Assembly: GCA_963795855.1 (NCBI GenBank)
Contig: CAWCIZ010000004.1
Location: 64,001 to 128,000 of the forward strand
Origin: Vulcanimicrobiota bacterium
Lineage (GTDB): Bacteria; Vulcanimicrobiota; Vulcanimicrobiia; Vulcanimicrobiales; Vulcanimicrobiaceae
DNA: 64,000 nt
Direction of reading: 5' to 3'
The position numbers and the translations under genes were made by a program. Positions 9,495-21,757 of this stretch are shown piece after piece (within the stretch, counting starts at the first letter, position 1; every line of letters begins with the position of its first letter). The notes below the pieces were generated by a model. The model ran no database searches. It had not been told where the DNA came from and saw only the letters and a program-made list of their open reading frames with translations.

Positions 9495-10237
9495 TAATCA
9501 AGTATCCGTAAACGGTTGATCGGCCACAACACGAGAAACGCGCGTCCCGTGAAGTGCGCAACTGCAGCGCGGTGCGCAAGCGGCCCGGCCGCGAAGCGCC
9601 CCTGTAATTGCGCGAATCCCCAGATGTGCGAATCGTCCGAATCGTTGCGGTTGTCGCCCATCACGAAGTAGAATCCCTTCGGAACGCGGTTCGGCGCTTG
9701 CCACAGCGAACGCGGCGGTATATTGGCGGACGTCCGGCTGAGCGGCTGGAAACCATCGCCGGAATCGACGAAAATGTCGTACTTCTTGATCCGGAGATCG
9801 TATTGCGGCGCCTGTGCGACGTAAGGTTCCGCGAGCGCCTTGCCGTTCACGTAGACTTTACCGCCGGAAATCCGCAGCGTGTCGCCGGGTACCGCGATGA
9901 CGCGTTTGATGAAATTGTCGGGTGAGGCGATGGGCGGTCGGAAGACGACGATGTCGCCCCGGTGCGGCGCCGCGAAGCGGTAGGCGAACTCGTTGACCAG
10001 CAGGACGTCGCGCTGCTCGAGCGTGGGAACCATCGATTGCGACGGAATGTAGAACGTCCGCACGACGAACGTAATGAGGAAGAGCGCGATCAAGCCGGCG
10101 ACGATCAGTGCGTCCAAGTATTCGCGCACGACGAGCACGGCATTACCGGAGTGGCCCGCTGCTGCGGGCTTAGCGCTGAGAACGACGCGGGCGACGGCGA
10201 AAACGCCGATCAGCCCAAGCAACTGTAACGGCGACAG
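9494..10237 (-). CDS. lepB: Signal peptidase I (copy 1); start uncertain (CTG 10237 or TTG 10222)
   Basis: FYIPSQSMVPTL, FIKRVIAVPGD, GDNRNDSDDSH. Confidence 0.9.
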   Translation of the reverse strand: MSPLQLLGLIGVFAVARVVLSAKPAAAGHSGNAVLVVREYLDALIVAGLIALFLITFVVRTFYIPSQSMVPTLEQRDVLLVNEFAYRFAAPHRGDIVVFRPPIASPDNFIKRVIAVPGDTLRISGGKVYVNGKALAEPYVAQAPQYDLRIKKYDIFVDSGDGFQPLSRTSANIPPRSLWQAPNRVPKGFYFVMGDNRNDSDDSHIWGFAQLQGRFAAGPLAHRAAVAHFTGRAFLVLWPINRLRILD

Positions 10238-10243
10238 CGGAGG

Positions 10244-10594
10244 TTAGCGGACGGCTTTCTTCTCTTTGATGCGCGCCGCTTTCCCGATCTTCTCGGTCAG
10301 GTAATACAAGCGGCTGCGGCGCACGATGCCGCGCTTACCGACTTCGATGCGATCCACGCGCGGGCTGTGCAGCAAGAACGTCTTTTCGACGCCCACGCCG
10401 TGCGCCACCCGGCGCACCGTTACGGATTCGTGCGCGCCGCCGCCCTTGCGCACCGTCACGACGCCTTCGAACATCTGAACGCGCTCTTTGCCGCCTTCGA
10501 CGACTTTCGAGTACACCTTCACCGTATCTCCCGGACGGAAATCCGGGACGGTTTCTTTGCGCTGCTCTTGGTTCAAGACATCGATGACGTTCAT
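10244..10594 (-). CDS. rplS: 50S ribosomal protein L19
   Basis: [45 protein letters not shown]. Confidence 0.98.
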   Translation of the reverse strand: MNVIDVLNQEQRKETVPDFRPGDTVKVYSKVVEGGKERVQMFEGVVTVRKGGGAHESVTVRRVAHGVGVEKTFLLHSPRVDRIEVGKRGIVRRSRLYYLTEKIGKAARIKEKKAVR

Positions 10595-10659
10595 TTTCTC
10601 TTCTCGGCGGGAACGCGAATCTAAAAAGGCCTTGGGGCTGGCCCCACGGCAACCTTCGA

Positions 10660-10688
10660 ATGATAGCATGGGGCTACCCCCCGCGCAA
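10660..10688 (-). promoter_or_regulatory. Sigma70-type promoter for rplS operon
   Basis: Minus strand TTGCGC-17 bp-TATCAT with TG extension. Confidence 0.6.
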
Positions 10689-10737
10689 GGACGAGCGCGT
10701 GCCCTGTAGGGAAAGTCGCACTGCAAGGAGGCAGCCG

Positions 10738-13392
10738 ATGATTTCCCGCCCTCTGCACAGCGACGACTTCGTAGGCCGGCGAGAAGAGCTGGATTTTCTC
10801 CACGAAGAGTTCCGCGCGGCCTGCGAAACGGGCGTTCGATTGGTGCTCGTCGAGGGTGAGGCGGGGATCGGAAAGACCCGCCTGCTGAGCGAATTCGAAA
10901 AGAATCTGCAGTCGTCTGCGATCGTGACCGGCGGAAATTGCTCGGAGCACGTGCGCGCGCCGTACTTGCCCTTTACCGAGATCGTCGACGGCCTGGATCC
11001 GCGCGCGCGCTTGGGCGCGCTGCGGCTGCGCGAGCCCGGATCGCGCTCGAGTGAAGAAAAGTGGGCGTACTTCAGCGCGGTCGTCGACGTGATTCGCGCG
11101 CAGTGCGCGCGCCGCCCGACGGTGCTCACCATCGAAGACGCGCAGTGGGCCGATAGCGCGAGCATCGAGCTGCTGCAGTTTTTGCTTTCCCGTCTGCAGA
11201 AGTTGCGCTGCTTCATCGTTGTCACGCTGCGCAGCGAGCGGTTTGCGGAAAATTCCTCCGCCGCGGCGCTTCACGCCGTTGCAGCGCGGCGCCGCTCTGC
11301 CGTCCTGCAGTTGCGAGCGCTGCGGCGTCACCAGATAAAGCATTTGGTTCAAGAATCGCTGCGGGGTCGAGGGCTACATTTGGATCCCGCGATGGTCGCG
11401 CAGATCGAAGCGCTGGCCGAAGGAAATCCGCTGTACGCCGAAGAGCTGACGCTCGTCGCTTTGGAAAGCGGAGCGCTCACGTTTCAGACGCAGATGCCCG
11501 TGACCTTGAACGCCATCTTGAGCGAACGTCTCGCCGCGTTCGGCGCCGAGGAACGCGAGTCTGCTTTACCGCGCCGCGGCAATCGGGCAGAGCTTCGACG
11601 CGCCGCTTCTTGCGGCCATCGCCGAGCGCAGCTCGGCCGACGTGCTGCGCGTGATGCAGAGGGCGGTAGATGGCGGCCTCGTTGCCGAACGCGGCGCGCT
11701 CTTCGAGTTTCGACATGCGCTGATTCGACAGGTGTTGGCGGACCAGCTCGTGTTGGGGCTCGCCGCCCCGCTGCATACGCGCATTGCCGAAGAACTGGAA
11801 ATGCTGCCAAACGCGCGCGAACGCGCTGCCGAACTCGCGTACCATTGGTCCGCCGCGCGCGTCGCGGACAAAGCGCGCGTCTGGAACGAGGCCGCCGCCG
11901 AATCGGCGTGGGCGATGTACGCCTATCGCGACGCGATCCGTTTTTACACGGACGCGCTGCGCTGGAACTACCCGGAGGGCACGGCGCGGGCCGCGATCTG
12001 CGAGCGCCTGGGCACGCTGCTGTATACTGAAGGCTGCGGTGAGGAACCGGCCCAGTGGTTTCGCCGCTGCCGCGCCGAGTACGAACGCGCGGGAAACGCC
12101 GTCGGGGCGGCGCACGCGCTGCTGCTCGAAGCCGATCAATGCTGGGTGGATGCGCGTACGGAAGAAAGCGCGCAGATTGCCGCGCGAGCCGCCGCCGCGC
12201 TCAAAGCAATTGGGCACACGCAAATGTACGCGCAAGCGCTGCTCGGAGTCGCGCGCTATGCGATTACGCTGGGCCACGTCGATCGGACCTTCGCGCATCT
12301 GAAAGCGGCGCACGCGCTTCGTTCCCACTTTGACGACGGCTCGCGCGCGGCATGGCACGAAGTGCGCGGCGAGGCCTGTGCCGTGATGGGCTTGCGCAGC
12401 GAGGCGCTGTCGGACTTTCGCACAGCGGCCCGATATGCCGCGCAAAGCGGCGTGAGCGAACTGATCGCGCAGATCGAAAACAACTTTGCGCTGGCGGCGT
12501 TCGACCTGGGCGACCTCGATCTCGCGACCGCGCGCCATCAAATCGCGGTGGACGAAGCTCGGCGCACCGGCTTGATGTGGCGCATCGCCTACTCATCGCT
12601 GAACTACGCGCGAACGCTGATGTTCAAGGGGGAACCGGAGCGAGCTCGGGACTTGATTCGCGAAGCGCTGCAAAGCGGCGTGACCACGGCGACGTTCAAA
12701 ACGAAAGCGGCGAGCGTCGGCATTCCACTCGCGCTGCGCCTGCACGATCGCGCACTGCTCGAAGCTGCTGCTTCGAAGATGCGCTGGACGTCGCTCAGCG
12801 TTCGGGTGAAATCCAGCGCATAGCATCCGTTGCCGCGGCCTTTGCGGCGCTTCGCGCGGAGCAAGGCAGCATAGCGGAAGCGCGTGCAATCCTCGGCCAC
12901 GCGGTCCGGGCGATTCCGCACGCGCATCGCGCCTGGCAGCTCTTCATCGCGATCGCGCGGTGGGGCGATGCGGAGGACGTGGCACTGGCGCAGGGACACA
13001 TCGAACGCGCAGCGGGCCGTCCCATCGTCAAGCGCGCGTATGGGTTGCTCTTCGCTTCGCTCGTCGAACGTACGGATCGCGAGCGGTCACGGCGCCTGGC
13101 GGAACTTGCTGCCAAACATTTCGCCGTGATGGGCAACGTCTTGCTCGGCGAGATCGCATCCGGGGGCAAAAGCGCCGCGCAAGAAGCGGCACCTGCGCCG
13201 TCTGCTCTGACTGCGCGCCAAATGGAGATCGCGCAGCTGGTCGCCGAAGGTGGGACCAACCGAAGCATCGCGGCCGCGCTGCACATCAGCGAACACACGG
13301 TGGAGCATCATCTTTCGGGCATTTTCGAGCGCCTCGGTCTGCGTTCGCGAACGCAGCTCGCCCATATGCTCGGCCTGAACGAGGCGAGATAG
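10738..13392 (+). CDS. STAND AAA-ATPase / TPR / LuxR-HTH transcriptional regulator (frameshifts near 11560 and 12770)
   Basis: [36 protein letters not shown]-terminal LT.RQ.EIA.LVA.G.TN..IA..L.ISE.TV..H; spread over three ORFs. Confidence 0.9.
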
Positions 13393-13464
13393 CGGAATCC
13401 CGGGATACCGGCTGCGGCATCCTCTTCCTATACTTAAAAGAAGTCTTCGCATCTGGAGGGCAGC

Positions 13465-16400
13465 ATGGCGATTTTTCGGCGCGTCCGGGCCCGAGTGGCT
13501 TGCGCATTTCTCATTGCGGCGATGCTCGGGGCGCAGTGCGCGGTCGCGCTTGCCGGCACGACGGGCTCCCTGAACGGCACCGTGACCGACGCGCAGTCGC
13601 ATTCACCGATTGCGAACGCGCGCGTGACCGTCAGCAGCCCATCGCAAACGGCGGTCGCCACCACGGACGCCGCGGGACGCTTCGTGTTCCTCTCGCTCAG
13701 TCCGGACACGTACACGGCGTCCATCGCGAAGGACGGCTACGAGCCGGTCTCCATTGCGGGCGTCAGCGTCTTCGCCGATCAAGCGCAGAGCTTGCCCATT
13801 GCGATTACCAAAAGTTTGAAGACGATCGCGTCGGTGACGAGCCGATCGTCGATAAGCCCGGTGAAACCCGGCACGACGACGGACGTGTACTCCGTCAATC
13901 CGGCGCTCGCGCAAGCCGCTGCCGCAATCGGCGGCGGGGGCGGTCTGAACAATGCGTACTCCGCCATCGCGGCGATGCCCGGCGCATTCGTTCCCAACGG
14001 GCAGATGGGCGTGAACCAGACGGTCTACATCCGCGGCGGATATTACGACCAGATCGGTTACGAGTATGACGGCGTGCCGATGAACCGCTCGTTCGACAAT
14101 TATCCCGCGCATTCGGCGTCTACGATGGGCCAGCAAGAACTGCAGATCTACACCGGCGGCGGACCGGCGAGCGCGAACGCGACCGGTCTGGCCGGGTTCA
14201 TCAACCAAGTCGTGAAGACCGGAACGTATCCCGGCTATGGAAACGTCTCCGGGCGCATCGGCTCGCCGGCATTTTACCACGATCTCTCGGTCGAGGCGGG
14301 CGGAGCAAACCCGAGCCGCACGTTTTCGTACTACGCCGGAGTGAGTGGGTTCAATCAGGATTTTCGCTACCTCACCAACGACAACGGCGCTTCGGTTGCC
14401 AACATGTTTCCCGCAGCGTATCCGAGCAACATCACGACGAACCTGTCGTTTTGGCCCGCGGTGTATCCGACGTGCAACAATAACAACCCCAATCAGCTCT
14501 ACTTCAACCCCGTCGCTAATCCGAACAATCAGCTGATTTGGCAGGATCCCGGATGTTTCGCGTTTCTCGGCCCTCAGATCGACAACCCGTCTTCGATTTA
14601 CGGCCGCGAAGTCGTCGCGAATCTGCATTTCGCGATTCCGCACAAATCCGACGCTGGACGCGACGACCTGCAACTGCTCTTCACGAATTCTGCGCAGCTG
14701 CGCCAGTACTACAGCAGCCCGAACGACGTTTCGCCGTTCATGAACACGCTCGCGAACGTGCCGCCGGGCGACTCGTCCGGCTACGGTCCGGCAGGTCCAT
14801 ATTTGTATCCGGCTCCGATGTGGCCCGACTATTACACCCTGCCGTCTAGCGCGTCATTTCTGCAGCCCGCAAACGTGCCGGTCCTCGGCTACGCGTTTCC
14901 GGGTTCGCCCACCGATCGCTGTTATAATACCGATTGGATCGCGGGGCAAGATAGCGCCGCGCCGGCCCCGATCGTCGTGCCGAACCAGTGCGCGCCCGGT
15001 TCATATTCGTCGCTTCCGAACGATTATCGCGACGGCCGCTGGGATCAGGCGAGCATCGTGAAAGTGCAGTACCAGAAAAACATGGGTTCTCGCGCTTTCT
15101 TACGCCTCTTCGGCTACACGTTCTATTCGAACACCAACCGCAGCGGCGCCGCGCAGCAAGGCATCACGGGTCAGTACGGCAGCATGAACGTGGGCGCCAC
15201 GAACTACGATTACGAAGTCGACGCGCACACGCGAGGGGTGCAGCTGCAGTTCGCGGACCAGTTAACCGACACGAATCAGATCCTCGCGACGGCGAACTAC
15301 GTTACTTCCACGACGCTGCGCTATTACAATTTCAACAATTACAACGTCGGCGGCGCGCCGACCAACGACTATACCGGATCCGGCGGCCAAATGGTGAGCA
15401 ACCTCACCAACGGCACGCAGTGTTTCGCCGGGTACGACGGCTTGGGCGCGAACGGCGTCGACAGTCTACACCGCCGGAGATCTCGCGCCGTGCAACGATC
15501 CAATTACCCAAGGGTCTTTCAGCGACATGACCGGCAACTCCGACTTCGGTAATCCGCAGAACCAGAGACTGCGCCGGCGGTCCGAACGATCCGATTCCGG
15601 CTCCCGCATGCGCATCGGGCGCGTCGTGGCGGCTGACGTATTTGGGGAATCAAGCGTCGATCAACAGCATCACCCCGAAACTCGCGAACTTCTCGCTGAC
15701 CGACGAGTGGAAGCCGAACGACAACCTCGACATCAGCGCAAGCGCGCGCTTCGACCGCGACGAATTCGACTTGACGCCGGTTTCGAACGATCCGGGCAAG
15801 AATTTTTGGTACGCCGCGGCGCGGAACGAGTATTGTTACAATCCGCAGACGCTGCAGCCGGTCATCATTCCGCAGGCGCCGCAATACCTGCGCGACGTAA
15901 CGCCGTACGTCTCGTTCAACTGCCCGCTCGATCCGAACTCCGGCGTCCAGACCGTGCATCCGGACGGCCTGAACGGTCACATCCTGCTCACGGACGCGTT
16001 CAGTCCGACGTACGTTCAGTCGTATTTCTCGCCCCGCCTTGGGCTCACGTACACGATCGATCCCAATACCGTGCTTCGGTTCTCGGCGGGCCGCTACGCG
16101 CAGGAACCCCAAGACTACGAGATCGAGTACAACAGCCTCGAGCCGAATCTCGCGGCGCAGCTCATCGGCTTCTTGCCGTTCGGATTCAATACGCCGTTCC
16201 ATGGCGCGCAGGCGCAGTTCTCGAACAACTACGACTTTTCGTACGAGCACCAATTCAAAGGCACGGACGTCGGCGTGAAACTCACGCCCTACTACCGCTA
16301 TGCCACGCAGCAGCTCTACGAAACCGTGAGCATACCGACGTTGTTCGGAGTCTCGCCATCCTTCAATTCGGGAACCGAACGCACGTACGGCGTGGAACTG

Positions 16401-17357
16401 CAACTGACGAAGGGCGATTTCAACAAGAACGGGCTGGCCGGCGTCCTTTCGTATACGTACACCAACTCGAAAGAGATGTGGGCGAATTACGCCGGAACGC
16501 CGATCAACCCGGTAGACCCGTATAATCAGGACATCCAAAACTTCAACGCGATGACGAAGGCGGGCGGCGGTTCGCCGTGTTACGCGAACGATCGCAGCGG
16601 CACCGGGACGGACTGCAGCGGTTCCTCCGACATTCTCAATCCCTACTACAACATGACGCCTCAGCCGCTGCTCGACAAATCCGGCTGGTACGACAGCGGC
16701 TTGGACTATCCGTACATTTCTCCCAACGTCTTCGCGCTCGTGCTCAATTACAAACGTGACAAGTTCGCGATCACGCCCGTCTTTACGCTGAATCAGGGCG
16801 CGACGTACGGAACGCCGTCGGACTTCCAAGGTTTGGATCCGCGCACGTGCAAACGCAATCAAGGTGCGGAAGGCATCCCGGACGCCGCAAATCCGCAGAC
16901 CGCCGACTATACCTCGTGCAAGGCGGCGGCAATCGGCGCGAGCGGAACGAGTCCGGGACACTTGTACATCCCGAATCCATACACCGGGTCGTTCGATTCG
17001 TTCGGCCAGTTCCGGCAGCCGTGGCAGTTCAACATGGGTCTGCAGCTGCGGTACGACTTCAGCCCGCGTGTGACCGGCAACGTCATGATCGCCAATCTCG
17101 TGAACCGTTGCTTCGGCGGTTCGAGCGAACCGTGGACGAAGGTCTACGCGCCGAGCAGCACGGTCTGCGGTTACTCGTACAACAAGTTCTACATCAGCAA
17201 TTACTACAACGGGAGCAGCCCGAACGACACCGCCGCCAACGGCGTGCCGCTCAACACGTACTTCTCCGTTCCGTTCGCGCCGGCTTACGGCGACGTAAAC
17301 TCGTACAATCTGCCGCTGCCGCTGCAAGTCTACTTCCAGTTGCAAGTGCGGTTGTAA
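13465..17357 (+). CDS. TonB-dependent receptor with N-terminal carboxypeptidase-regulatory-like domain (frameshifts 15470-15640)
   Basis: Signal peptide, G.L.GTVTD..TTDAAGRF; plug motif YIRGG..YDGVP; FSPRLG; beta-signal C-terminus YFQLQVRL. Confidence 0.88.
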
Positions 17358-20247
17358 ATGCGCTTGGCGGCGATCCTCGCGTGCGCCGTTCTCCTGGCGG
17401 GGAACGGCGCCGGAGCGGCGCATGCCGCGAACCTCGGTAATCTGGAATTTCGTTCGGTCGGTCCGGCAATTTCAGGGGGGCGTATAGGCGACGTAGCGGG
17501 GACGGATCGCGATCCGCTTCTCTACTACGCGGGAGACTGCGGGCGGCGGCGTCTGGAAGTCGGTCGACGGCGGGAATCACTGGAGTCCCGTTTTCGACGC
17601 ACAGGACGTCGCTCCGATCGGCGCGGTCGCGATCGACCCGTCGAACACGCAAATCGTTTGGGCGGGCACGGGCGAAGCGGCGCCGCGCAACGACGTCTCA
17701 TACGGCAACGGCTTGTACAAGACAGTCGACGGCGGCGCGCACTGGACGCGCGTCGGACTCATCGGAACCTCGCAAATCTCGCGCATCGTCGTCGATCCGC
17801 AGGACGGCAATCACGTTCTCGTGGCGGCGCTCGGCGATCCCTTCAAAGCATCGCAAGACCGCGGCGTATACGAAACGCTCGACGGCGGCAAGTCGTGGAA
17901 GCGCTCGTTGTTCATCGGGACGTCGACGGGTGCGTCCGATCTCGCCGTCGACCTCGCCGATCCGAAGATCGTCTATGCCGGCATGTGGCAAGTCGTTCGC
18001 ACGAACTGGGGAATTTGGAGCGGCGGCGCGCACGACGGCCTGTACCGCTCCGCCGATGGCGGCGCAACATGGACGGAGCTGACCGGACACGGGTTGCCGG
18101 GCGGCGAGCTCGGCCGCATCGGCCTCGCGCTCAGCCGCGACGGGCAGCACGTCTACGCAATCATTCAATCTTCGCACGGGTTGCTGTGGCGGAGCGACGA
18201 CGCCGGCGCGAACTGGCGTTTCGTTAGCGCAAACAGCATCATCGACGAGCGCCCGTTTTATTTCAGCCGGCTCGCAATCGACCCGGCGAACGCCAATCAC
18301 GCGTTCGCGTTGTCGGTCGACATTGCCGAGACTCGCGACGGCGGCGCAACGTGGCATGCCGTCGGGCGCAATCTCGGCAGCGACCATCACGCCATGTGGA
18401 TCTCGCAGGACGGCCGCCGCATCATTCAAGGCGGCGACAAGGGCGTGGCGTTTTCGTTCGACAGCGGCGCATTGTGGGAGCGCGTCGACGTGCTGCCGAT
18501 TTCGCAGGCCTATCACGTGGGCTACGATCGCGCGTCGCCTTATACGTTATGCGCAGCACTGCAGGACGACGGAACGTGGTGCGCGCGCGGCAACGACGAG
18601 TGGCAGAAGATTTCCGGCGGCGACGGAACGTGGGTGTGGCCCGACCCGATCGACCGTAACTTGATTTGGTATTCCAGCGGGGGCGGAAACAACGGCGGCG
18701 ATTTGTGGCTGTTCGATTTGCGAACGCACACCGACTCGGCGATCTCCCCATACCTGCGCGATCAAAACGTCGTGCCGCCCGCGCAGCTTCGTTACCGTTT
18801 CAACTGGGAATCGCCGCTCGCGTTCGACCCGTTCGATCCGCATATCGCGTATTATGGCGGCAACGTCGTGTTCCGCTCGACGGATCGGGGAGCAAATTGG
18901 CGCGTCATGAGCCCGGATCTGACGCGCAACATCAAAGCGCATCAGCAGATAACCGGGGGAATCACGAACGAAGGCACGGGAGCCGAAACCTCCGATACGA
19001 TTCTGGCGCTTTCGCCCTCGCGCGTTCGCCGTTCGGAGATTTGGGCCGGCACCGACGACGGCGTCGTGCAGCTCACGCTTGACGGCGGCGCGCGCTGGAA
19101 AGCCGTGACGATCCCTGGTTTGGACGATCGCGCCCGCGTGGAGAGCATCGACCCATCGCCGTTTTCTGCGGCCGTTGCTTACGCCAGCGTGGATCGTCAT
19201 TACGCCGGCGATCGCACGCCGTACGTGTATGTAACAAACGACTACGGGGCGCATTGGCGGTCCATTGCCGCGAATCTTCCGCGCGACCAGTTCGTGCGCG
19301 TGATCCGGCAAGACCCGAAGAATTCGCGACTGCTCTATGCCGGGTTGGAACAGAGTTTTTGGGTTTCGTGGAACGGCGGCGGACATTGGACGCAAATCTC
19401 GGCGGGATTGCCGGCGGCTTCGGTGCGCGACGTGCGCGTGCAGCCGGATACCGACGATCTGCTCGTCGCAACGCACGGGCGCGGCGTCTACGTGCTCGAC
19501 GACGCTAGTCCGCTTCAACATCTCTCCGGTTTCGCCGAGCCGTCGCTGTTGCGGCCGCGCACCGCGTACCTTTCGGCCGACGACGCCGTACCGATAACGG
19601 CATACTTCCCGGCGCGGCCCCTTCGCACGCCCACACTTACAATCGTGGACCGGATGGGAAACGCCGTGCGCCATTTGCAGTTCGACCAGAAAGCCGGTTT
19701 GCAGCGGGTGTGGTGGCATCTGTGCGACGATCCGCCGGTTCCCTGGACGAGCGCTCCCGAGTGGAACCGAACGGAAGACTGCGGCCCGTTCGCGGAGCCC
19801 GGCACGTACGAGCTCGTCGCGCACGTCGGCGGGCGCACGCTGCGTCAATACGTAATTGTGCGCGCACCGCCGGAGAACAGCTCGAATTCCGCGGGTATAG
19901 CCGCGCGGCACGCATTGGCGGTTCGCCTGTTTGCGATCTATAGCGGGATCGACGCCGAACTCAACGCGCTCGACGCGATGCGCGCGCACGCGCCGGCCGC
20001 CGGTGCTCTGAGATCGCGAATCGACGCATTGGAAACCGCGCTCAGTATCGATCCCCAAAATTCGCAGGACGACGACTTCTTGGAAGACATGCTGCGCGAG
20101 CGCGTGCAGGCTCTCATCGGGACGCTCGAGGGCAGCTATGCCCGGCCCACGGCCGCGCAGTACGCGCAGGCGAATGCGATTGCATCCGAATACGAGCGCT
20201 TGAGAGCGCGGTTCGAGAAGGTGCGCGGTGCGATCGCCGGATTATGA
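17358..20247 (+). CDS. Secreted VPS10/sortilin-like Asp-box beta-propeller protein (frameshift near 17535)
   Basis: FRSVGPAISGGRI; repeated S/T.DGG..W boxes; SPDLTRN; L.VATHGRG. Confidence 0.85.
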
Positions 20248-21757
20248 CGCCGTCGTTATCGGCGGCGGGCATAACGGGCTGGCGTGTGCGGCGCTCTTGG
20301 CGAAGCAGCAGTTTTCGGTCGCGCTGTTCGAAAGCGGCGAGCGCGTCGGCGGTGCGGCAATCAGCGAATCGCCGTGGAGCGGCTACACCGTTTCGTCCGC
20401 CTCGTACGTTTGCACGCTGCTCGATCCGTGGCTGATTCGCGAGTTGGAACTGGAGAGGTTCGGTTATAGCGCCTATCGCAAAGATCCGGCAACGTTCAAC
20501 GTGCTCGGCGACGGACGATCGTTGCTGCTCGGCGCGGACGAGGAGGCGAACGCGCGAGAGATAGCCGCGTTCGATCGTCAAGACGTCGCCGGATTCCTGG
20601 AACTGGACCGGGTGATTCGGACGCTCGGAAGCGAGCTGTTCGAAACGTTTTCGGACGAGCATCCCCGATTTGCATCGCTGCCCAGCGTATCGCGCCGCAT
20701 TTTGTGCGGAAGCGCCGCCGAATTGGTCGAGCGGTACGTGAACACGCCGGTATTGCAGGCCGCAGTGGCGACGGACGGGATCATCGGAACGGATGCCGGA
20801 CCCCGTTCTGCCGGAACGGCGTATGTGCTCGCGCACCATTATGCGGGCCGCGCATTGGGAACGCAGGGCGCGTGGGGGTTCGTGCCCGGCGGAATGGGCG
20901 CGATATCGTCGGCACTCTGCTTGGCGGCGCGTTCGCACGGCGCGCACGTCGAAACCTCGCGGCCGGTGTCGCGCATCATCGTAAACGACGGCGAAGCGAA
21001 AGGCGTCGTGCTTGCAGACGGCCGCGAGGTGCGCGCGCGGGCGGTCATCTCGAATGCGCATCCTCGCACGACCTTCGCGAAGCTCGCCGGTGAAGCGCAT
21101 TTCGATGCGGCGTTTCGCGAAAAGCTTCGCCGGTGGAGGACGACGGGAACGTCGTTCAAGCTCAATCTGGCGCTCGGCGAGCTGCCGAACTTCAAGTGCC
21201 GGCCCGGCACGCGCGCGCAGTCCCATCACCGAGCCACCATTCATCTTGCGCCGTCGCTCGACTACCTGCAAGAGGCGTACGAAGACGCGCGCGCCGGTGA
21301 AATGTCGAAGCAGCCGATGCTCGAGTGTTTTATGCAGACGCCGACGGATCCGTCGCTGGCGCCTGCGGGCAAGCACATTCTTTCGATTTTTGCGCAGTAC
21401 TATCCGTACGATCTCAAAGACGGCTGGACGAGCGCGCAGCGCGAAGCCGCCGCAGACCGCATCGTGTACCTGCTCGGACAATACGCGCCCAACGTTCCGC
21501 GCGCCATCGAAGCGCGTCAAATTCTCAGCCCCGTCGATCTCGAGTCGCATTTCGGTCTAGTGGGTGGACATATTTTTCACGGAGATTTACTGCCGGGGCA
21601 AATCTATGAAGATCGCTTCGCTACCGTAACGCCGCTGCGAAATCTCTATCTGTGCGGATCGGGAGCGCATCCCGGCGGATGCGTGAGCGGCTTTCCCGGA
21701 AAGCGCGCGGCGAATGCGGTCGCCGCCGGGCTTCGCGAGACGGCCGCGCACGGATGA
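20228..21757 (+). CDS. Phytoene-desaturase-like FAD-dependent oxidoreductase
   Basis: DAVVIGGGHNGL, GGMGAIS, GGHIFHG, LYLCGSGAHPGG.VSG.PG..AA. Confidence 0.85.
   Translation: MRSPDYDAVVIGGGHNGLACAALLAKQQFSVALFESGERVGGAAISESPWSGYTVSSASYVCTLLDPWLIRELELERFGYSAYRKDPATFNVLGDGRSLLLGADEEANAREIAAFDRQDVAGFLELDRVIRTLGSELFETFSDEHPRFASLPSVSRRILCGSAAELVERYVNTPVLQAAVATDGIIGTDAGPRSAGTAYVLAHHYAGRALGTQGAWGFVPGGMGAISSALCLAARSHGAHVETSRPVSRIIVNDGEAKGVVLADGREVRARAVISNAHPRTTFAKLAGEAHFDAAFREKLRRWRTTGTSFKLNLALGELPNFKCRPGTRAQSHHRATIHLAPSLDYLQEAYEDARAGEMSKQPMLECFMQTPTDPSLAPAGKHILSIFAQYYPYDLKDGWTSAQREAAADRIVYLLGQYAPNVPRAIEARQILSPVDLESHFGLVGGHIFHGDLLPGQIYEDRFATVTPLRNLYLCGSGAHPGGCVSGFPGKRAANAVAAGLRETAAHG

Noticed and set aside
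10738..13392. STAND NTPase as anti-phage (Avs-like) defence gene
   Set aside because: C-terminal LuxR HTH and position before a TonB receptor indicate a transcription activator; no effector nuclease domain
15519..17423. Long antisense ORFs (also 18547-20058, 42059-43714, 53418-55547, 59111-60553)
   Set aside because: Shadow frames of GC3-biased genes on the opposite strand; no recognisable motifs
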